Source: Armatimonadota bacterium (lineage in GTDB: Bacteria > Armatimonadota > Fimbriimonadia > Fimbriimonadales > Fimbriimonadaceae). From it: a DNA stretch of 64,000 nucleotides. The stretch covers positions 19,880 to 83,879 of the forward strand of contig JANPAV010000153.1 of NCBI GenBank assembly GCA_031430115.1. The letters run 5' to 3'. Below are positions 56,843 to 64,000 of the stretch, one piece after another. Every line of letters begins with the position of its first letter. The first letter of the stretch is position 1. The notes under the pieces are model-generated. The model was not told the DNA's origin, ran no database searches, and was given only the letters and a program-made list of their open reading frames with translations. The position numbers and the translations under genes are program-made.

Positions 56843-58614
56843 TTGGTCAGACCTTGGCAATAAAGTACGAAATTATTGCACAGGTTGCAGACAGCCCGGT
56901 TTTTACCATGTTTTCGGCTCGAGACCGCCTTAGTGGAAGAAACGTTGGTATTCGGCAAATAAAGATGCCTTTTAATGCAGAGCCTGAGTTCATTTCCGCG
57001 CTCGTGGGTTTGATTCCCTCTGTTCAAATAAGCCATCCAAACATTGAGGCAATTTCTGAAGTCGTCGAGGATTCTGGCCAACATTACATAATTTCTGAAT
57101 TGCCAAAAGGTTCGCTTCTAACTGAAAGAATCAAAAGGTTTGCCCCATTTACGGTGCCGGTTACGTTGGCAACTATCATTGGCGTGGTCGAGGCATTAGA
57201 AGCGCTCCACCAAAACGGAATTGCCCATGGTGATATTGGTCCCCATAACATTATTGCGACTCACGACGGCGGAGCAAGAGTTCAGTTGGCAGGCATTTGG
57301 AAGGCTTATTCATCGAGCAGAACCGCAGGGGTCGCGGTTCTCGCCCAAATGGCTCCGTACCTTGCCCCGGAAGTTTGTACTGGGCAGAAGCCCAGTGCCA
57401 CCTCTGATCTCTATAGTGTAGGCGTCATTCTATTTGAACTACTGACTGGGCGAGTACCACATATTGGTGAGACGCCTTCAGCCACAACAATTCGGCACTT
57501 GACGAGCCCGGTTCCGAGTTTAAGGGGAATAAATGCGTCGGTACCCGTGGCAGTCGAGCAAGTTGTTCAACGGCTTCTGCTAAAGGATCCTACTCAACGA
57601 TACCAATCGGCAAGGGAAGTATTGGCAGAGTTGCGAGCAATTGGCGATCAACTCAGATTTGGTAGAGCCCCAGTAGCCAAGCCGCCCGAGAAAGGGCAGC
57701 CAGTAGTCGTTGAGCCGATCAAGCCAATAAGAGTCTCTCAAAAGCGAACTGAAAGAGAGGATAGGCCCAGCCGAGAAGACAAAATTGCTGAGCGGAAGCG
57801 ACGGCGTCAGGAGCGAGACGTCCCCGGCTGGTTTCTCGCCCTCCTCGGACTTTTGGTGTTGGGGGTCATTGGTTTGAGTATCAGTTGGGTTACTTACTTG
57901 GCCCAAAAGCCTCGCGAGGTAAAGGTTCCAAACCTGAAGGGCGTTTACTCAAAGAGTGCAATTGATCAAGTTCGAAATTTAAGGCTCACGATTCGGGTTG
58001 CCGGCAAGGAATCTAACGAAAGAATTGAGATTGGAAAAATTCTAAGAACAATCCCAGCCGCTGGAGAAACAATTCGAGAGGGAGGGACGATAAATGTATA
58101 CGAAAGCGCCGGAACAAAGCAGGTTAAAGTCCCCGATCTCTTTGGCATGACCGCTGACGAGGCAAAGGCTGCACTCGAATCAGAGAATCTAAGTTTGGAT
58201 GGAAAGCCCTCCCGGTTAACTGACTATAAGAATGCTGCCGGTACGATCATAAAGCAAGTGCCCCAAGCAAGCGAAACAGTTTCAAGAACGAGCAAGGTCC
58301 AAATTTGGATCGCGGCTCCAAATGATGCGCCCCAAGGTAGCTTGCCTGGCGAAAGTGACATTGAATCAGATAGTCCTGCCCACAGCTTTCAGTTAGATTA
58401 TCGAATCAAAGGGGTGAAGTGGAGAGTTTCTGTAAGAATTGAAATTGAAGATGAGGACGGGCAACGGCTCGTCAAAGAAGCCGACTATGACCCGGGAGAC
58501 ATTATCCCGATCAAAGTAGTTGGACACGGACAATCTGCCAAGTTCACAATACGTTTTGATGGAGAACTAAAGGATACAATTGAGGTTAAACCCGGAGTAA
58601 AAAGCAAGAATTGA
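56839..58614 (+). CDS. PknB/StkP-like membrane Ser/Thr kinase with two PASTA domains, probably a pseudokinase
   Basis: Kinase fold (HPNI, YLAPE, SDLYSVGVILFELLTG, KDPTQRY), TM helix and PASTA repeats (VPNLKG, VPDLFG); catalytic motifs degenerate. Confidence 0.85.
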   Translation: MIGQTLAIKYEIIAQVADSPVFTMFSARDRLSGRNVGIRQIKMPFNAEPEFISALVGLIPSVQISHPNIEAISEVVEDSGQHYIISELPKGSLLTERIKRFAPFTVPVTLATIIGVVEALEALHQNGIAHGDIGPHNIIATHDGGARVQLAGIWKAYSSSRTAGVAVLAQMAPYLAPEVCTGQKPSATSDLYSVGVILFELLTGRVPHIGETPSATTIRHLTSPVPSLRGINASVPVAVEQVVQRLLLKDPTQRYQSAREVLAELRAIGDQLRFGRAPVAKPPEKGQPVVVEPIKPIRVSQKRTEREDRPSREDKIAERKRRRQERDVPGWFLALLGLLVLGVIGLSISWVTYLAQKPREVKVPNLKGVYSKSAIDQVRNLRLTIRVAGKESNERIEIGKILRTIPAAGETIREGGTINVYESAGTKQVKVPDLFGMTADEAKAALESENLSLDGKPSRLTDYKNAAGTIIKQVPQASETVSRTSKVQIWIAAPNDAPQGSLPGESDIESDSPAHSFQLDYRIKGVKWRVSVRIEIEDEDGQRLVKEADYDPGDIIPIKVVGHGQSAKFTIRFDGELKDTIEVKPGVKSKN

Positions 58615-59264
58615 AATACGAACTAGCGCCCTCAATCCTGTCCTTTGACTTGACTTCATTGTCTACTCAGGCACCAAGACTCATGGCGGCAGGTGCTCAT
58701 ATCATCCATTTAGATGTCATGGATGGGCAATTCGTGCCGCCAATCAGCTTCGGTGACGTCATTGCTCTCAATCTTAGAAATCACGTTAATGCCCGAATGG
58801 AAGTTCATTTGATGACCTTAACTCCGGAACGGCACTTCGACGCGTTCATCAAGGCGGGATGCGAGAGAGTCATTTTTCACGCAGAAGCCACTTATCATGC
58901 CCATCGATTAGTGCAATCTTTAAAGTCACAGGGTGTAAAAGCTGGAATTGCGATCAATCCAGCAACCCCTGTTGAAAACATCGCATCTATCATTGACGAG
59001 ATTGATATGGTGCTGGTAATGACAATCAATCCTGGGTGGGGAGGTCAAACATTGATTCCTTCTACCCTTGAGAAGATTCGGCAGGTTCGGAAACTTCGAT
59101 CTGACCTCGATATTCAAGTTGATGGAGGAGTCGACCCGGTTACTCTTCCGCAGGTTATAGAAGCGGGTGCAAATGTTTTCGTTGTTGGGAGCTATCTTTT
59201 GAGGGCTCCTACCTTAGAGGAGGGTGTCACATCGATCTTAAACGGCTTCCCCTCAAATTCCTAA
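58611..59264 (+). CDS. rpe: Ribulose-phosphate 3-epimerase
   Basis: APSILS, HLDVMDGQFVP, EVHLM, MTINPGWGGQ and QVDGG. Confidence 0.95.
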   Translation: MKYELAPSILSFDLTSLSTQAPRLMAAGAHIIHLDVMDGQFVPPISFGDVIALNLRNHVNARMEVHLMTLTPERHFDAFIKAGCERVIFHAEATYHAHRLVQSLKSQGVKAGIAINPATPVENIASIIDEIDMVLVMTINPGWGGQTLIPSTLEKIRQVRKLRSDLDIQVDGGVDPVTLPQVIEAGANVFVVGSYLLRAPTLEEGVTSILNGFPSNS

Positions 59265-59551
59265 CAACGCTTTTCATCATTATTGGGATTGGGACCGCAC
59301 TCGGTTGGCCCTGGGTCATTGGACACAAGCCGCTTCCAAATGCCTCCGTCCAAGCGCAGTTGGACTTTTTGACAAAGGGAATCATCGTCGTATGTATTTC
59401 GGTCATTGCATTCGTACTGGCCGGAGTAGGCGCAATTCTTATTGTTCGGCAAGCCCGGCAGGAGTATCAAGATGCAAGAACTGAAATGCTAAAAGATCTG
59501 ATCGAAGGTACTCAAGAAGACATTCGGAACAAACAAAATGTCGAGGCATGA
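59231..59551 (+). CDS. Two-TM membrane protein, probable non-canonical ATC start
   Basis: The frame is open upstream of the called TTG (59360) and encodes an extra TM helix (KFLTTLFIIIGIGTALGWPWVIG). AGGAGG at 59218-59223 lies 7 nt before the in-frame ATC at 59231. Confidence 0.5.
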   Translation: MDLKRLPLKFLTTLFIIIGIGTALGWPWVIGHKPLPNASVQAQLDFLTKGIIVVCISVIAFVLAGVGAILIVRQARQEYQDARTEMLKDLIEGTQEDIRNKQNVEA

Positions 59552-60575
59552 ATCTTTCATGCTCGAGGCAATCGAGCTTTCTAAGCAAGGGTTTCCTGCA
59601 CCAAATCCCCGGGTTGGTTGTGTCATTGTCAATGATGATCAAGTCGTAGGACGGGGATTCTGCAAACTGGATGGGGGCGATCATGCAGAAGTAATGGCAC
59701 TCAAAGAGGCCGGGGTCATGGCAAACGGTGCTACCGCCTATGTGACCCTTGAACCGTGCAACCACTTTGGCAAAACTCCACCTTGCTCGCAATCCTTGCT
59801 TAGGAGTGGAGTGAAACGGGTCTTTTTTGCGACCAGTGACCCGAATCCAATAGCCGCTGGAGGAAGGGAATTCCTCTTGTCGAATGGTATTCAAGTTGAA
59901 CACGGCATTTTGGCAATTGAAGCTGCAAAGGTAAATGCTCAATTTCTTTTTGCAATGAAGCATCGCAGACCCTTTGTCACCGTAAAAGCCGGAATAACTC
60001 TCGATGGAATGGTGGCTTTGCCCAGTGGCGAAAGTAAGTGGATCACAAACGAAGCATCACGCCAAGACGCTATGAGGTTAAGGGCAGATATTGGGTGTGT
60101 AATGGTTGGACGAATAACCGCTGAGCAAGACCGAGCCCGATTGAACCTTCGAGGAATTGAAGGTGCCAATCAGCCTTTGAGGGTTGTTCTGGATCCTCGG
60201 TCAATTCTCTCTTCCGACTTGCCCATCTTTGATGAATCGGCACCGACCCTGCACTTAACCAACGAGCAGCAGATAAGGACTCCATCCGATGTTTTGGAAA
60301 GAATATGGGTCACGGGTCGAACGGGTGTTCTGATCGAGGGCGGTCCAACTACCAACTCTCGTTTTTTTGAATCTGGCCTAGTTGACCGAATCATTCTCTA
60401 TGTGGCACCCAAGATTTTTGGAGATGGCAAGTCATGGGTTGGGACTTTAGGATTTTCGGAAATGAAGGATTTTCCGGAGTTTGAGCTTGCTAATGTTGAA
60501 AATATTGAAGGAGACCTAAAAATTTCTTATCAGTCTCGGAACTTTAGCAAATACCTAGAGTCTTATAACTTGTAG
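59538..60575 (+). CDS. ribD: Bifunctional riboflavin biosynthesis deaminase/reductase RibD
   Basis: PNPRVGCVIV, HAE, TLEPCNHFGKTPPC, SKWIT and IEGGP. Confidence 0.95.
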   Translation: MSRHESFMLEAIELSKQGFPAPNPRVGCVIVNDDQVVGRGFCKLDGGDHAEVMALKEAGVMANGATAYVTLEPCNHFGKTPPCSQSLLRSGVKRVFFATSDPNPIAAGGREFLLSNGIQVEHGILAIEAAKVNAQFLFAMKHRRPFVTVKAGITLDGMVALPSGESKWITNEASRQDAMRLRADIGCVMVGRITAEQDRARLNLRGIEGANQPLRVVLDPRSILSSDLPIFDESAPTLHLTNEQQIRTPSDVLERIWVTGRTGVLIEGGPTTNSRFFESGLVDRIILYVAPKIFGDGKSWVGTLGFSEMKDFPEFELANVENIEGDLKISYQSRNFSKYLESYNL

Positions 60576-60599
60576 ATTGAAAGATCTACACCATAACTG

Positions 60600-60692
60600 A
60601 CAGCAATGAATAAGTAGAAGCTTTCGAAAGATGGCTTCATCTCTCCCCCAAAGCCCCGCGCCTTAATCCCCCCACGGCCGGGGCCATTTTTT
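60600..60692 (+). ncRNA. Candidate small RNA or structured 3' element with C-rich single-stranded segments, ending in an intrinsic terminator
   Basis: GAAA-tetraloop hairpin at 60617-60638, linker ATCTCTCCCCCAAA, hairpin GCCCCG-c-GCC-(TTAATCCCCCCAC)-GGC-CGGGGC at 60653-60684, then T6. The 5' end is unknown. Confidence 0.4.
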
Positions 60693-60694
60693 GC

Positions 60695-61261
60695 CTAAAG
60701 TTTCAAAAACCATTGGTGCATCCGCACATCCGAGGTGAGTTCAGGGTGAAAGCTGGTTCCAATAATCTTGCCTTGCTTGACCGCTACGATGTTTCCCTTG
60801 TACTCTGCCAAGACTTTAGTGGTGGCACCAACTCGGGTTACAATTGGAGCCCGGATGAAAACGCCCATCACTGGTTCGCTCAATCCAGATACGAACACTT
60901 CGTCTTCAAAGCTGTGTATCTGAGACCCAAATGCATTGCGTTTGACAGTAATGTCCAAGAGCTCGAGGGTGTACTGCTCACGATCCTCGATATCTGTAGC
61001 CAGCATGATCATCCCCATGCATGTTCCCCAAAGGGGCATTCCGGCTTTTCCCGCTTGTTTTAAGGCGTTTCCGAGGCCATATCGTTGCATGAGCAGTCCG
61101 ACCGTTGTGCTTTCGCCTCCGGGCAAAATAGCGCGATCCACTGTGGCCAGTTGTTCTGGAGTGCGAACTTCGATAACGTCAAGGCCAACTGTGTTTGTTC
61201 CGAGAAGAGCTTCTCGATGTTTATCAAAATCACCTTGAATCGCAATTACGCCAACTCGCAT
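60695..61261 (-). CDS. pdxT: Pyridoxal 5'-phosphate synthase glutaminase subunit PdxT
   Basis: GVIAIQGDF, LPGGESTT, WGTCMGMI, RNAFGSQIHSFE, FIRAP and SFHPEL. Confidence 0.95.
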   Translation of the reverse strand: MRVGVIAIQGDFDKHREALLGTNTVGLDVIEVRTPEQLATVDRAILPGGESTTVGLLMQRYGLGNALKQAGKAGMPLWGTCMGMIMLATDIEDREQYTLELLDITVKRNAFGSQIHSFEDEVFVSGLSEPVMGVFIRAPIVTRVGATTKVLAEYKGNIVAVKQGKIIGTSFHPELTSDVRMHQWFLKL

Positions 61262-61367
61262 TGACTAAATCGTACCTTGGAAGTGGGTTCGGTGCCGGTT
61301 TCTGTTACCACAATCATCGGGTCGTAATTGCTTGACTGAAAGTCCTTTCTCAAGGTAATTTGTTGGG

Positions 61368-62465
61368 ATGAAGCGGTGGATTGTCGGGGGCGGAGTCAGC
61401 ATTTTTTTGATCGGAATTGTTTCGGCTGGTTGCGGCGGTGCATCTTCCGGTGCTGTCACCAAGGCAGGGCTCGGAAAGGACTTGTTTTTCGATACCAGAT
61501 TATCGAATCCGGTTGGTCAGTCGTGCGGCACATGCCACAGTGCCAATCGCTCGTTTACAGATCCACGGGGTGGCATCACATCGGAAGGTGCTCTTACGGG
61601 TATTTTTGGTTCTCGCCAATCTAATACGGCAATGTATATGGCGTTCTCGCCAGAATTTAGATTCGATGCAGTTGATCAAGACTTCATTGGCGGGCAATTT
61701 TGGGATGGGCGAGCAAAGAACCTTGAAGAGCAGGCAAAGGCTCCATTCCTCAATCCTGGGGAAATGAACAATGCAACCAAGCAACAGGTTGTTGACAAGG
61801 TTAGAACAGGACCATTTGCAGTCAAGTTTCAGACGGTTTACGGCACTGACATTTTCAATGATACGGACAAGGCGTTTGACGCCTTGGCAGACGCAATAGC
61901 CACCTTCGAGCGATCCGAAGAGCTTCAACCATTTACTTCCAAGTATGATGCGTTCTTGAAAGGCAAAGTAAATCTGACGGCGGCTGAAGCAAGGGGGCTT
62001 TCGGTATTCGAGAATCCAGCGAAAGGAAATTGTTCAAAATGCCACCCAAGTCAGCCGGGACCAAACGGAGAACCACCCCTTTTCACTAATTTTAAGTACG
62101 ACAATATTGGGGTTCCTCGTAACCTTATGAATCCCTTTTACACCCAGCCAACTTGGCAAAACCCTGACGGTTCTGGGTTTATTGACGTTGGGCTTTCGAA
62201 GACTACTGGCCGACCGCAAGATGCCGGTAGATTTAAGATTCCGACTCTGAGGAACATCGCGGTAACGGCTCCATACTTCCACAATGGAGTATTTACGACA
62301 CTAGAAGACGCTGTCCTCTTTTACGATCAGCGGGATCTTGGCGGATTTGCGGTTCCCGAAGTTCTTCAAGGGGTCAACCGGGTTGACTTGGGGAGCCTCC
62401 ACTTGGGAGACCAAGAAAAGCTGGATCTCATCGAGTTCTTGAAGACTTTGACCGATGGCTTCTAA
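61368..62465 (+). CDS. Diheme cytochrome c peroxidase/MauG-family lipoprotein
   Basis: Lipobox SAG|C, CGTCH and CSKCH heme motifs, GGQFWDGRA and FKIPTLRNIAVTAPYFHNG. Confidence 0.88.
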   Translation: MKRWIVGGGVSIFLIGIVSAGCGGASSGAVTKAGLGKDLFFDTRLSNPVGQSCGTCHSANRSFTDPRGGITSEGALTGIFGSRQSNTAMYMAFSPEFRFDAVDQDFIGGQFWDGRAKNLEEQAKAPFLNPGEMNNATKQQVVDKVRTGPFAVKFQTVYGTDIFNDTDKAFDALADAIATFERSEELQPFTSKYDAFLKGKVNLTAAEARGLSVFENPAKGNCSKCHPSQPGPNGEPPLFTNFKYDNIGVPRNLMNPFYTQPTWQNPDGSGFIDVGLSKTTGRPQDAGRFKIPTLRNIAVTAPYFHNGVFTTLEDAVLFYDQRDLGGFAVPEVLQGVNRVDLGSLHLGDQEKLDLIEFLKTLTDGF

Positions 62466-62466
62466 C

Positions 62467-62500
62467 AAAAAGAGCCCCTTGCGCTTAAGTGCAAGGGGCT
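62467..62500 (-). terminator. Intrinsic terminator between convergent genes (U-tract on the minus strand)
   Basis: AAAAAg-AGCCCCTTGCGC-ttaa-GTGCAAGGGGCT on the plus strand. Confidence 0.75.
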
Positions 62501-62517
62501 TCGATTGTGTTTAAGGC

Positions 62518-62784
62518 TTACTTGCCTTTAGCTTTTGGCGTTGGAATGCTTGGCGCATCCTTGAACTTAGCTGGGTCGGCCTTGAAGGCACCTGGGCAGC
62601 CAGCACAGCAGAAGAAGTATCGCTTACCTTCGTGATCAGCAAACATCTTAGCCTTGGTTGCCTTCTTGATGTTAACCTTGTGATCCTTCATGATCGGACA
62701 TGCGATCTCTTTAGGAGTTTTGTCGCCGGCGAATGCAGGAACCAAAAGGGCTGCGGTTGCAAGAGTTAGAATTACTTTTTTCAT
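62518..62784 (-). CDS. Secreted YHS/TRASH-domain metal-binding protein
   Basis: Signal peptide MKKVILTLATAALLVPAFA, CPIM and HEGKRYFFCCAGCPGAFKADP. Confidence 0.8.
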   Translation of the reverse strand: MKKVILTLATAALLVPAFAGDKTPKEIACPIMKDHKVNIKKATKAKMFADHEGKRYFFCCAGCPGAFKADPAKFKDAPSIPTPKAKGK

Positions 62785-62872
62785 TTCGATTTCCAAACGT
62801 GACCGGAGCCACTTACTATCCAGTATATTCATAATGCTTTTGAATGAGCAAAAGTTCCCGTAATTTTTTCAA

Positions 62873-63589
62873 ATGAAAGTCAAATTCCTCCACACCAATG
62901 ACTTTCACGGCAAATTAGATGAAAGAGCGGTCGAGTCGTTGCGTGGCTTAAGGGTCGACAGGGATTTTTACTTCGATTCCGGCGATGCGATAAAGGCAGG
63001 GAACCTCGCAATTCCCCTTTTAGTTGACCCGGTTTGGCCAAAGCTTGCTGAATTAAATTGCTCGGCATCGGTACTCGGAAATCGAGAAACTCACCCGCTC
63101 AGAATCGCGTTTGAAAAGAAAATCGAAGGTCACTCCCACCCCATTTTGGCAGGCAATTTGATTTCGAAAGACGGATCTGAGTTCTTACCAAAGACACTGA
63201 TTCTGAAAATTGGTGACTTCAAAATCGGCGTGATCAGTACCATGGTGGCGATGGTTACCGAAAGAATGAAAACTCAATCGGTCAGTGCCTTCCTGTGGTC
63301 CGACCCAATTAAGACCGCAATCCAGTTGGCCCAAGAGATGCGACCAACCGTTGATCTTCTCGTCGCTCTGACTCATATTGGCTATAAGCAAGACTGTCTG
63401 CTCGCTCAGCAATGTGGAGACATTGACATTATTTTTGGCGGCCACTCCCATACGGTTCTGGAGCACCCAGTGAAAGAAAACCATACGTGGATCGTCCAAG
63501 GTGGTTCGCACGGTCGTCATGCAGGAGTTTATGAATGGGAAGACGGAATCCTTTCGGGTGGGCTAATTTCCCTTAACCAATCTCGTTAG
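62873..63589 (+). CDS. Calcineurin-like metallophosphoesterase (5'-nucleotidase N-domain only)
   Basis: HTNDFHG, DSGD, GNRE, LTHIG and GGHSH. Confidence 0.8.
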   Translation: MKVKFLHTNDFHGKLDERAVESLRGLRVDRDFYFDSGDAIKAGNLAIPLLVDPVWPKLAELNCSASVLGNRETHPLRIAFEKKIEGHSHPILAGNLISKDGSEFLPKTLILKIGDFKIGVISTMVAMVTERMKTQSVSAFLWSDPIKTAIQLAQEMRPTVDLLVALTHIGYKQDCLLAQQCGDIDIIFGGHSHTVLEHPVKENHTWIVQGGSHGRHAGVYEWEDGILSGGLISLNQSR

Positions 63590-64000
63590 CAATCTTGAGA
63601 ATATTGTGCCAACTCGACTGCAAATCCGAAATCAATGGCGTCTGAGCTCGAGCAATTGACACTAGTTCAAGATCAATTTCAGCGGAGATAATTGCCTCTA
63701 CTCCAACCGGAGCCTCGACTAAAATTCGCCCCAACGGATCGCAGATCATCGATCCACCGACAAAGCCCTTTCCGCCTTCATGTCCCACTAGCTGAGCCAC
63801 GAACGAATAGACACCGTGCTCTTCGGAGATCGCTCGTACTAATCTTTGATATCGTTCGTGGTTCTCAATGTGGTCACTGCGGAATCCTCGTGCGGGAGAT
63901 GCCGAAGGGATGATCATGGCGGTCGCACCAGCAACCGCGTTCATTGTTGGCAATATAGAGTGCCAGACATCTTCACAGATCATTAAAGCCGTAGTACCCA
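63573..64000 (-). CDS. Carbon-nitrogen hydrolase/nitrilase-family protein (3' part; extends beyond the window)
   Basis: The frame is open to the window edge; nucleophile motif ICEDVWH, PSASP, FVGGSMICDPLG and AEIDL. Confidence 0.8.
   Translation of the reverse strand, partial: GTTALMICEDVWHSILPTMNAVAGATAMIIPSASPARGFRSDHIENHERYQRLVRAISEEHGVYSFVAQLVGHEGGKGFVGGSMICDPLGRILVEAPVGVEAIISAEIDLELVSIARAQTPLISDLQSSWHNILKIANEIG

Noticed and set aside
1-64000. tRNA, rRNA, CRISPR arrays, IS elements or integrases
   Set aside because: Intergenic gaps are short and show no cloverleaf or repeat-spacer pattern, and no transposase or recombinase motifs appear among the ORFs.

Overview
Gene-dense bacterial chromosomal window. 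The gene content and the style of the prepilin leaders suggest an Armatimonadota (Fimbriimonadaceae-like) diderm; this taxonomy is inference. About half the window (22.5-55.1 kb) is one co-oriented type IVa pilus locus: pilB-pilT-pilC-pilD, then a ~20.5 kb block of four oversized pilin-leader proteins (292, 677, 765 and 1112 aa) and two huge secreted beta-propeller proteins (1637 and 2345 aa), then pilM-N-O-P, a stand-alone STN-domain protein ending in (GFGGGGG)n repeats, a secretin with a Gly/Gln/Phe-rich insert, and aroK-aroB. Several core components deviate from the usual form: PilB lacks the Zn tetracysteine motif and has a degenerate MshEN-like N-terminus, and PilD and PilM carry large insertions. 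The left flank holds a UbiA/SDR/FAD-oxidase cluster resembling the decaprenylphosphoryl-arabinose pathway, sseA-sufE, a BNR/VPS10 protein, TPR-DUF5819-HTTM-recN, tdh, a dprA-like gene, a GH38 mannosidase, a response regulator, an uncharacterised conserved protein and an FNR. The right flank holds a PASTA pseudokinase, rpe, a probable ATC-start membrane ORF, ribD, a C-rich sRNA candidate, pdxT, a diheme peroxidase, a YHS protein, a metallophosphoesterase and a nitrilase-family gene. Several non-pilus genes look leaderless. No tRNA, rRNA, CRISPR array or mobile element was seen. All product calls come from motif recognition by eye, without database searches.
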